Below are positions 14,805 to 22,896 of a stretch of 27,968 nt of DNA, piece by piece. The DNA comes from a virus (taxonomy: Duplodnaviria > Caudoviricetes): positions 1 through 27,968 of the IMG/VR virus record IMGVR_UViG_3300017913_001218; one strand, given 5' to 3'. The number at the start of each line of letters is the position of its first letter. Position 1 is the stretch's first letter. Under the pieces are notes generated by a model. The model worked only from the letters and a program-made list of their open reading frames with translations. It searched no databases and was not told where the DNA came from. Made by a program: the position numbers and the translations under genes.

Positions 14805-15618
14805 AGAACAGGTAGCTGAGGTCTCTGCTGACGTAGAGGTAGCCCAGTCTGTCGCCGATGATTGGCGCTCAGGTATCCCCGAAGAAATCCGGGGACATAA
14901 ATCATTAGAACATATTCAGGACGTAGGTGCTCTGGCGAAATCCTACGTTAACGCACAGTCTATGATTGGCGCGGATAAGGTTGCCATCCCTGGCAAACAC
15001 GCGACCGATGAAGATTGGGGCGAGGTATATCGGCGTCTTGGCCGGCCAGATAGCCCAGAGGGCTATGAGCTGACCAACGAGCTGCCGGAAGGTGCTGAGG
15101 CCAGCGACGATTTGCTGTCCTGGTTCAAAGGCGCCGCACATGACGCCGGGCTGACCCCACAGCAAGCACAGAAGCTGCTTGGCGGGTATAATGAAATGCT
15201 CGGCACTATGATGCAAAACGATGACGGCCAGGTTGACCAGATGCGCGTTGATGCTGAAATGGAGCTGAAACGCGAGTTTGGCGCGGCCTATGATGACCGC
15301 ATGGCAAACGGTAACGCTGTGCTAGCAGAATTTGGCACAGATGACATTTCTGAAATCCAGCTGGCTGATGGCCGGCTGCTGGGCGACCACCCAGACATGA
15401 TTAAAATGATGGTGAACATAGGCGAGTTCATCAACAGCAAGATCGGCGAAGACAGCCTAGAAGGCATCAAAACATCTGGCGCGCTAACACCAGGTGATGC
15501 CCAAGACCGTCTGAGCGAGCTTACTGCTCAAGGCTCGCCATATTGGGATCAGCGCCACCCCGAGCATGAGTTCTATGTGAACGAAGCTCTGAAATATAGG
15601 GGGATGATGAGTGGCTGA
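14797..15618 (+). CDS. Capsid scaffolding protein
   Basis: DWRS..LAKSYVNAQSMIG..LGRPDSPEGY..GLTPQQAQ..LKREFG; acidic; between portal and capsid. Confidence 0.8.
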   Translation: MSEEQVAEVSADVEVAQSVADDWRSGIPEEIRGHKSLEHIQDVGALAKSYVNAQSMIGADKVAIPGKHATDEDWGEVYRRLGRPDSPEGYELTNELPEGAEASDDLLSWFKGAAHDAGLTPQQAQKLLGGYNEMLGTMMQNDDGQVDQMRVDAEMELKREFGAAYDDRMANGNAVLAEFGTDDISEIQLADGRLLGDHPDMIKMMVNIGEFINSKIGEDSLEGIKTSGALTPGDAQDRLSELTAQGSPYWDQRHPEHEFYVNEALKYRGMMSG

Positions 15619-15805
15619 TTCAGAAACAGACCGCGAGTTCCGGCTTGAGGTGCTGAGGCTGACATTGGAATCAGGCTCAGCTGCGATTATCGCAAACCCG
15701 CTCGAACACGCAGAAAAGAATTTGCAATGGTGCTTACAGCCTATTGATAAGCCACAAGCCCAAAAGGCTACGGCACCTAGCAAAAAACCCGGACAAGCTG
15801 CATAG
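15611..15805 (+). CDS. Hypothetical protein (64 aa)
   Basis: GTG start overlapping the scaffold stop; RLEVLRL helix. Confidence 0.6.
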   Translation: MADSETDREFRLEVLRLTLESGSAAIIANPLEHAEKNLQWCLQPIDKPQAQKATAPSKKPGQAA

Positions 15806-15864
15806 CCCCGGTCGGCGCAACCGCTATTGCAACAACCTATCGTCCGACAGGTGTCGGGTAGCGA
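15787..15864 (+). promoter_or_regulatory. Structured RNA leader upstream of the capsid gene
   Basis: Two hairpins with asymmetric internal loops: CCGGACAAGC-TGCATA-GCCCCGG and TCGTCCGACA-GG-TGTCGGGTAGCGA. Confidence 0.45.
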
Positions 15865-15900
15865 GCTTATCAAAACGCTTGTGTGTAAAAGGAGGCAGTA

Positions 15901-16764
15901 ATGTCTACACAAATCACCACCGCGTTTTCCCAGCAGTTTAGCGCCAACGTGCAACTGCTCTCTCAGCAGACTGGTTCCATCCTTCGTGGTGGTGTCTCTG
16001 AGGAAGCTGTTACTGGTGAGAAGGCTTTCTTCGACCAGGTTGGAGCTGCAGCCGCTGTGAAGCGCACATCACGCCATCAGGATACTCCGATGGTTGAGAC
16101 CCCACATAGCCGCCGCATGGTGACTATGGATTCGTATGAATGGGCAGATCTGATTGACGATGCGGACAAGGTTCGCATGTTGATTGATCCGACTAGCACT
16201 TACGCTCGTGCAGCTGCTGCTGCAATGGGTCGTGCTATGGACGATGCCATCATCGAAGCAGCAACAGGCACAGCTAAGACAGGCAAGTCTGGCGGCACTA
16301 GCACATCAATGCTAGCTGCACATCAGATTGCTAACGGCTCAGCTGACCTTACACTGGCGAAACTGATTGAGGCCAAGAAGACACTTGACCTTGCATCTGT
16401 TGACCCATCCATCCCGCGTCACATTGCCGTTGGGCCTGACCAGATTGAAGCACTGCTGAACAGCACAACTGTCACCAGCTCTGATTTCAATACTATCAAG
16501 GCTCTTGTGCAGGGTGAGATTAACACATTCCTGGGCTTCCAGTTCCATGTGTCTACTCGTCTTGCTAAGTCTGGCAATATCCGCACATGCTTTGCTTGGG
16601 CCGAAGACGGCATCAAGTTGGCTGTCGGTAAAGACGTAATGTCACGCATCGATGAGCGCTCTGACAAATCTTATTCTACCCAGGTGTATTACTGTGCCAC
16701 TTTCGGCGCCACCCGGATGGAAGAAGAAAAAGTCGTGCAAATCGACTGTGACGAATCAGCATAA
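15901..16764 (+). CDS. Major capsid protein (BPP-1 Bbp17-like)
   Basis: AAGGAGG RBS; MSTQITTAF..LLSQQ.GS.LR, TPHSRR, DKVRMLIDPTS.Y, SSDFN..ALVQGEI..FLGF, GATRMEEEKVV. Confidence 0.9.
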   Translation: MSTQITTAFSQQFSANVQLLSQQTGSILRGGVSEEAVTGEKAFFDQVGAAAAVKRTSRHQDTPMVETPHSRRMVTMDSYEWADLIDDADKVRMLIDPTSTYARAAAAAMGRAMDDAIIEAATGTAKTGKSGGTSTSMLAAHQIANGSADLTLAKLIEAKKTLDLASVDPSIPRHIAVGPDQIEALLNSTTVTSSDFNTIKALVQGEINTFLGFQFHVSTRLAKSGNIRTCFAWAEDGIKLAVGKDVMSRIDERSDKSYSTQVYYCATFGATRMEEEKVVQIDCDESA

Positions 16765-16778
16765 GGAGGGTTTGAACA

Positions 16779-17246
16779 ATGACTTTATATTCAAATGTTC
16801 GTACTGACCTTACGCAGGATGATCCTACAGAGTTCGTGAAGGCTAACCAGCTTGCTGGCGTCCTTCGCGTAGCACATGCTCAGTATGAAGCATCAGCGCA
16901 AACAGCAGAGACAATCGAAATGTTTGCTCTGCCTAATGGTGCTCGCGTTGTTGAGGCAAAACTTTGCCATGACGCACTGGGCGCCGGCACAACATTGGCT
17001 GTTGGCCACGCGGCTTACACCAATTCAGCTGGCACGTCTGTTGCTGCTGACACTGCCCATTACAAGGCAGCTGCAGCATCGACAGCGGCTCAGTGTGTTG
17101 ACGCTGCGGCTACTCTGGCGCTAGGTTCCGGCGAAGAGGTCGACCTGGAAGGCGACACAAAAGATAACGAGTACATCGTTACTGTTACCTCAACTGGTAC
17201 TGCAACTGGTACCATTGAGCTGACTATGTACTACGTCGTCGACTAA
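16779..17246 (+). CDS. Capsid decoration/cement protein
   Basis: TAAGGAGG RBS; beta-rich Ala/Thr sequence (LPNGARV..TLAVG); between capsid gene and terminator. Confidence 0.7.
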   Translation: MTLYSNVRTDLTQDDPTEFVKANQLAGVLRVAHAQYEASAQTAETIEMFALPNGARVVEAKLCHDALGAGTTLAVGHAAYTNSAGTSVAADTAHYKAAAASTAAQCVDAAATLALGSGEEVDLEGDTKDNEYIVTVTSTGTATGTIELTMYYVVD

Positions 17247-17250
17247 CCAT

Positions 17251-17283
17251 GAGAGGGGCAGCTTCGGCTGCCCCTTTTTCTTG
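17251..17283 (+). terminator. Rho-independent terminator after the head genes
   Basis: AGGGGCAGC-TTCG-GCTGCCCCT-TTTT. Confidence 0.9.
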
Positions 17284-17296
17284 TAAGGGGATCTAA

Positions 17297-17887
17297 ATGG
17301 CATCTGTTGTTGATATCTGTAACAGCGCTCTTAATCAGATTGGCGCGTCTAACATTATCAGTTTGACTGAAGACAGTAAGGCTGCGCGCATCTGCAATCA
17401 GCGCTACAATTTTGTCCGCGATAGTGTGTTTCGCTCGCACCCCTGGAATTGCCTGACCACCAGGATTGCAATCACCCCGGATACAGCTGCCCCAGCTTTC
17501 GAGTTTACCAAGCAGTTTACACTGCCGACCGACCCATTCTGCTTGCGCGTTCTAGCGCTGAGCGACACAGATATCCTGTATAAGATTGAAGGTCGCAAGC
17601 TGCTGTGCAACGAAAGCACAATTGAAATGATTTACATTGGCCGGGTTGAAGACGGCAACCAATATGACTTGTTGCTGATTGAAGCGCTCGCTGCAGCAAT
17701 GGCAGCTGACCTGGCCTACCCGCTGGTCGGCAGCTCATCACTGGGCGCTAACATGTATCAGCTCTATCAGAACAAACTGACTGAAGCGCGCTTTGTTGAC
17801 GCGACTGAAGACAATGACATTAACACATCTGTGATCTCTGACAGCCGGACTGTCGCAGCGGATACCTTCATTAACGCGAGGTACTAA
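17297..17887 (+). CDS. Tail tubular protein A / adaptor (T7 gp11-like)
   Basis: SVVDICNSALNQIGA..I.SL.E.S..A..C..HPWN..LPTD. Confidence 0.85.
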   Translation: MASVVDICNSALNQIGASNIISLTEDSKAARICNQRYNFVRDSVFRSHPWNCLTTRIAITPDTAAPAFEFTKQFTLPTDPFCLRVLALSDTDILYKIEGRKLLCNESTIEMIYIGRVEDGNQYDLLLIEALAAAMAADLAYPLVGSSSLGANMYQLYQNKLTEARFVDATEDNDINTSVISDSRTVAADTFINARY

Positions 17888-20160
17888 TGGCGAAGGCGTC
17901 ACCAGCTTTTACCAATTTCACAGCCGGCGAGCTGAGCCCCAGGCTTGATGGCCGGACTGATGTTGGAAAGTATTTTAACGGCTGTAAGAAGCTGCAGAAT
18001 TTTGTCGTGCATCCGCATGGCGGCGCCAGCCGGCGTCCTGGCACTGTGTTTGTACGCGAGGTTAAGAACAGCGCTCATAATGTGCGTTTGATACCTTTCG
18101 AGTTTAACGTCACCCAGACCTATATCCTGGAGTTTGGCGACCAGTATTTCCGCATCCATAAAGACGGCGGCACGGTTGTGTCGAGCGGGGTTCCTGTAGA
18201 GGTGACGACGCCATACGCGCATACCGACCTGGATAAGTTAAAGTTCACGCAGTCAGCTGATGTTATGTACCTGGTGCATCCTGACTATGCCCCGCGCAAG
18301 ATTACGCGCACCAGCCACACAGCCTGGACAATCGCTGAGGTTGACCTACTGCGCGGCCCAATGGGTGAAGACAACACAAGCAGCACAACACTGGTGGCTG
18401 ACGCTAGAACCGGCAACGTCACTATCACAGCCAGCGCCAACACATTTGCAAGCAATGATGTTGGCCGGATAGTCAGGCTGCATGAGGGTTTTGCTAAAAT
18501 TACAGCCTTTACAGATGCACAGAATGTAGATGCTGACGTTCAAGAAAATGTAGATGGCCGCACCGAGCTGATGCCTAGTTACACAGCAACAACGCTGTCA
18601 GCTCACGAAGGCGACCCATCAGCTACCGGCCTAGAGCATAATGACCGTTTCCAGGATTCATCTGGTCAGTTTGTAGCTCAGGGCTTCAAGGTGGGCATGA
18701 AGGTTTCGGTAACTGGTTTCACAACCGCAAACAATAATGAAACCTCGGCAATCGTTGTTAAAGTGACGGACGATACGCTGCTGTTAGCACCATCGTCAGA
18801 CCTGACAGATGAAGCAGCCGGCGACAGCGTAACAATCAGCGGAGACCTGACGGCCAGCACAGATTGGGCATTGGGCGCGTTTTCAGCGTCCACAGGCTAC
18901 CCTGCCGCTGTTGCCTTCTATGAACAGCGCCTGGTGTTCGCTTCGACGACTGAGCAGCCTCAAACGCTGTTTTTCTCTGTAGGCGGCAGCTTCGAGGATT
19001 TCGCTGCCGGCGTCGATGCAGATGATGCGCTGACATACACCCTGGGTTCTAACCAGGTAAATATCATCAGATATCTGCAAGCTGGCCGTGTGCTGCTTGT
19101 CGGAACGTCCGGCGGTGAATTTGTGGTGACCAGTTCAGAGGATGCGCCTCTAAGCCCTACAAATGCCGTTGTGAAGCGACAAGCGACATATGGGTCGGCT
19201 GACCTACAGCCGGTGCAAGTGGCCAACGTGACGCTGTTTGTACAGCGAGCAAAGCGCAAACTGCGCGAGCTGGTGTTTGACCTGAACACAGATTCATATC
19301 AAGCGCCGGACATGACTATTCTGGCTGAGCACATTACTGAGGGCGGCATCAAAGAAATGTCGCTGCAGCAAGAGCCGGACAACGTCGTCTGGTGCGTACT
19401 AGAAAACGGCAAGTTTGTCGGCATGACCTACCGGCGCGAAGAGAATGTGATTGCCTGGCATGAGCATATTCTTGGTGGCGAGTTCGGCTCAGACACGTTT
19501 GGCCATGTTGAAAGTGTAGCAACCATACCCGGCGACCTAAACGAAGATGACACATACATGGTGGTCAAGCGCACCATCAACGGCGGCACAAAAAGATATG
19601 TCGAGTATTTCAGCAGCTTCGAGTTTGGCGATGATGTTGAAGACGCCTTCTTTGTAGATAGCGGCCTGACCTATTCTGGCGCAGCTGCAACGTCTATTAG
19701 CGGCCTAGACCACCTGGAAGGTGAGACTGTTTCTATCCTGGCCAACGGCGCTGTCCACCCGGACAAGGTTGTCAGCTCAGGATCAGTCACCTTGGATTAT
19801 AGCGCCACAAAGGTGCATATCGGCCTTAACTACTCATCGACGCTGCAGACGATGCGTATTGAGGCAGGCGGCACAGAAGGCACAGCCCAGGGCAAAACAA
19901 AGCGAATCCATGAGGTGGTGCTGCGTTTGTTCAGGACTGTTGGCGTGAAGGTAGGCAGTTCGGAAACAGAGCTGGACAGGATACCGTTCAGGTCATCAGC
20001 TGCAGCGATGACAAAGGCTATTCCGTTATTCACTGGTGATAAGGAGATTGAATTTAGAGGCGGGTTTGACACAGATGGTTTTGTTGTTGTTCAGCAAGAC
20101 CAGCCGCTGCCGCTGACCATCATTGGCATATTCCCAAGACTGATCACTTTCGACCAGTGA
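17887..20160 (+). CDS. Tail tubular protein B / nozzle (T7 gp12-like)
   Basis: NFTAGELSPRL.GR.D, GGASRRPGT, QSADV, YPAAVAFYEQRL, AWH.H, VDSG, GLDHLEG. Confidence 0.9.
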   Translation: MAKASPAFTNFTAGELSPRLDGRTDVGKYFNGCKKLQNFVVHPHGGASRRPGTVFVREVKNSAHNVRLIPFEFNVTQTYILEFGDQYFRIHKDGGTVVSSGVPVEVTTPYAHTDLDKLKFTQSADVMYLVHPDYAPRKITRTSHTAWTIAEVDLLRGPMGEDNTSSTTLVADARTGNVTITASANTFASNDVGRIVRLHEGFAKITAFTDAQNVDADVQENVDGRTELMPSYTATTLSAHEGDPSATGLEHNDRFQDSSGQFVAQGFKVGMKVSVTGFTTANNNETSAIVVKVTDDTLLLAPSSDLTDEAAGDSVTISGDLTASTDWALGAFSASTGYPAAVAFYEQRLVFASTTEQPQTLFFSVGGSFEDFAAGVDADDALTYTLGSNQVNIIRYLQAGRVLLVGTSGGEFVVTSSEDAPLSPTNAVVKRQATYGSADLQPVQVANVTLFVQRAKRKLRELVFDLNTDSYQAPDMTILAEHITEGGIKEMSLQQEPDNVVWCVLENGKFVGMTYRREENVIAWHEHILGGEFGSDTFGHVESVATIPGDLNEDDTYMVVKRTINGGTKRYVEYFSSFEFGDDVEDAFFVDSGLTYSGAAATSISGLDHLEGETVSILANGAVHPDKVVSSGSVTLDYSATKVHIGLNYSSTLQTMRIEAGGTEGTAQGKTKRIHEVVLRLFRTVGVKVGSSETELDRIPFRSSAAAMTKAIPLFTGDKEIEFRGGFDTDGFVVVQQDQPLPLTIIGIFPRLITFDQ

Positions 20161-20603
20161 GGATTATAGATTACGACCAAAGCCACCTTCACGAGCTGAT
20201 GGATGGCCCACTAAACGAAGGTGCGCCTGAGCACATAGGATATATGAAAGACTATGCCGGGGAGCTGCAGCAGCCCGGCTGGTCATACACACTAATAGAA
20301 AACGGATACATCATCTGTTGCGCCGGCATTGTTGATATGTGGCCGGGCGTAGGTGAGGCCTGGTTTATCGCCAGCAACAAAATACACGAGTACCCACGGC
20401 CTTTCATTAGGTTTGCCAAAACCGACGTTATGCAGAAGGTGGTGGACGAAAATGGACTGTGGCGGGTTCAAGCGGTCTGCAAATCAGACTGGCCTGCAGC
20501 GCTCAAGTTTGCGCGCTTCATGGGCTTCGAGCCTGAAGGCGTTATGCGTAAGTATGGCCCCGAGGGAATGGATTACATCAGAGTGGCATGGGTTAGAGAA
20601 TGA
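20157..20603 (+). CDS. GNAT-fold protein (T7 gp13-like position)
   Basis: CAG..GVGEAW..RVQA..ALKFARFMGFEPEG. Confidence 0.7.
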   Translation: MRIIDYDQSHLHELMDGPLNEGAPEHIGYMKDYAGELQQPGWSYTLIENGYIICCAGIVDMWPGVGEAWFIASNKIHEYPRPFIRFAKTDVMQKVVDENGLWRVQAVCKSDWPAALKFARFMGFEPEGVMRKYGPEGMDYIRVAWVRE

Positions 20604-21046
20604 GCTTCTTATTTGAATTGTCAGCCGGCAAACAAGAACAGGCGGCGTACAACTACAACGCAGACATCAATGAGCGAAACGCGAAGGCGTCTGACCAGGA
20701 AGCTGCCCAGCTGATATTCAGCGAAGATCAAAAGATTGTTGAGTTCCGCGAGCAGTTCTCGGATCTGCAAGACGCCCAGGCACAGGCTTACAGATATAAC
20801 GGCTGGATTGCAGAAGAAGGCACCCCATTAAAAGTGGCGCTGGCAAGCGCGCAAGAAGCTGACGAAGAGATTGCTGCACGGCGCTATAACGCGAAGGTCG
20901 GGGCGACAGAGCTCCGCGAGCAGGGCGTTCAGGAGCGGATGCAAGGCACACTGAACACCATGTATGGCAAGGCAGCTAGAACACGCAGCAAAGGCGCTGC
21001 TCTACAGAGCCTTATTCAAACTGGCACAGCTATAGCGAGCGCATAA
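20600..21046 (+). CDS. Internal virion/ejection protein (gp14-like)
   Basis: Ala/Gln-rich helical protein; GTPL motif; conserved position. Confidence 0.7.
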   Translation: MSFLFELSAGKQEQAAYNYNADINERNAKASDQEAAQLIFSEDQKIVEFREQFSDLQDAQAQAYRYNGWIAEEGTPLKVALASAQEADEEIAARRYNAKVGATELREQGVQERMQGTLNTMYGKAARTRSKGAALQSLIQTGTAIASA

Positions 21047-22896
21047 TGAGAGTACCAACCTATCAAAGACAGACTGGGGCAACAGCTAAGACCGGGGCTA
21101 TCAACTTTTCGGTCAGGGCAAACCCTGGTGCTCTAGCGCAAGGTCAGCGCGGTGTAGGCGCTGCGTTTGCTTCAGCTGAGAAAGCTGCTGTCGATTGGTA
21201 CGCGCAAGAACAAAAGCTGAAGCGCGCCGATGAGCTGAGCAAAAAAGAAATCGAGCTAGATAATGCGCTAACGCAGCTGAAGAATGACCAGCGTAATCGT
21301 AACCCCAACTTTATTTTGGATGGCGACCCAGCCAAGAATGAGCTTAGCTTCAACCAGCTGGCCGTTGATAAGCTCAATGAGATTGCTGCCGGCATCCAGG
21401 ACAAGCGCGTAAAAAGAGCTTTTCTTTCTGGCTCTCGGCAAACCGTTAACAGCACACAGATATCTGTTAACCAGGACGCCAGAAACCGCCTGATTGATTC
21501 GGCGGCAGCCTCTGCACTGCAAGCAGCTGCTAATCTGGAAGATAAGATAGTCATGGGCAACGGCGCTGAGCGCGCAGCTGCTAGCTTGAAGCTGTTTGGC
21601 GGCCAAGATGCAAATGGCAACAATGTCCTGGGCGCTTACTATCAGATGGCAGCTGATGGTTTGATTAAACAGGTCAAGGCGTTTGAGCTTACGCGCAAGG
21701 CAGAGGTAAGTGTGCGCGACCGGCAGAAGGCAGCAGACGCCGCTATTCTGCAGCAGAACACTAACGACCGGGTGATTACTGCCGGCGATGTAACCTTGCC
21801 TATAGAAACACGCCGCAACGCTGTAGAGAACGGCAATAAAGAAATCACTGCTGCTGTAGCTAACAACACCATTACGATGGAAGAAGGCCAAGAGCTTATA
21901 GCAAAGGCCACAGACGATACTGTCCGCGCTATCGGCCTGGGGCTTTTGACGTCATCAGGCGATGCCACCGGCACTGCACTGGCCATTGCTTCTGGAAATG
22001 TTCCGCAGGATCCTATCCTGGACAGCATGTTGAAAACTATGGATCCGAGCGACAAGCAAAAGGTCTTCACCGATTTATTCACCATAGCGACCAAGATAGA
22101 CACAGAGCGCCGGGAACAAGAAGAAGCAGAGGAAGAAAAAGCAGACGCCGCAAACGTCAGTCTGTATGAAAGCATCATAAATACAGACATTAGTGATGAA
22201 GAGGCGCTTAACACTGCACTGCAAAACCATCAGACGCTGCTGCAGCGTAACTGGTACAACCCAACGCAGCGCAAGGCAGCTGAGACATTCCTGGGGCTAA
22301 AGAAAGAAAAGCAGGCCGGAACAGAGGTCAAAACGACACCTGAAGCGCTCAAGGTTCTCAACCGGGCAGACAACGATAACATTTTGACTGTTGACCTGGT
22401 TGACCAGTACGCCGGCCAGCTATCTATCAGCGACTACAATGCTTTCTATAAGCGCGCTATTGCTGAGGGCAAAGATGGCCGCACAGCTGCTAAAGGTCTT
22501 ATCTCTAGCCGGTTGCGTTACAACGAGTTCAAAGACAGCAACAACGCTCTGGGCGATGCAGCTGACATGATGTTCCAGCAAAGCATGTTTGAGTTGGACG
22601 ACTGGTTGAACACGCCAAAAGCTCAAGGCGGCGGCCAGGGCGCTACCTATCAGCAAGTCGTAACAAAGGCTCGGGAAATCAACAGCGGCAACGAAGCCGA
22701 ATATATGACGATGATGAAAGAGGCATTTATTAGCTATCTGCAAAGCTCGCAAACGCTAGTGCCTAATTTGCCGGTCGATTTGGACAACCCAATAAATTCA
22801 GCCAAAGAATGGCTGGCCACACAGAACCAATCTGACCCCATCATCAGGGGCATCACACAGACAATTCAAAGCTATGTTAAAATAGGGGTGCGCTAG
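21046..22896 (+). CDS. Internal virion/ejection protein (gp15-like)
   Basis: MRVPTYQRQ N-terminus; long helical protein; position. Confidence 0.7.
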   Translation: MRVPTYQRQTGATAKTGAINFSVRANPGALAQGQRGVGAAFASAEKAAVDWYAQEQKLKRADELSKKEIELDNALTQLKNDQRNRNPNFILDGDPAKNELSFNQLAVDKLNEIAAGIQDKRVKRAFLSGSRQTVNSTQISVNQDARNRLIDSAAASALQAAANLEDKIVMGNGAERAAASLKLFGGQDANGNNVLGAYYQMAADGLIKQVKAFELTRKAEVSVRDRQKAADAAILQQNTNDRVITAGDVTLPIETRRNAVENGNKEITAAVANNTITMEEGQELIAKATDDTVRAIGLGLLTSSGDATGTALAIASGNVPQDPILDSMLKTMDPSDKQKVFTDLFTIATKIDTERREQEEAEEEKADAANVSLYESIINTDISDEEALNTALQNHQTLLQRNWYNPTQRKAAETFLGLKKEKQAGTEVKTTPEALKVLNRADNDNILTVDLVDQYAGQLSISDYNAFYKRAIAEGKDGRTAAKGLISSRLRYNEFKDSNNALGDAADMMFQQSMFELDDWLNTPKAQGGGQGATYQQVVTKAREINSGNEAEYMTMMKEAFISYLQSSQTLVPNLPVDLDNPINSAKEWLATQNQSDPIIRGITQTIQSYVKIGVR

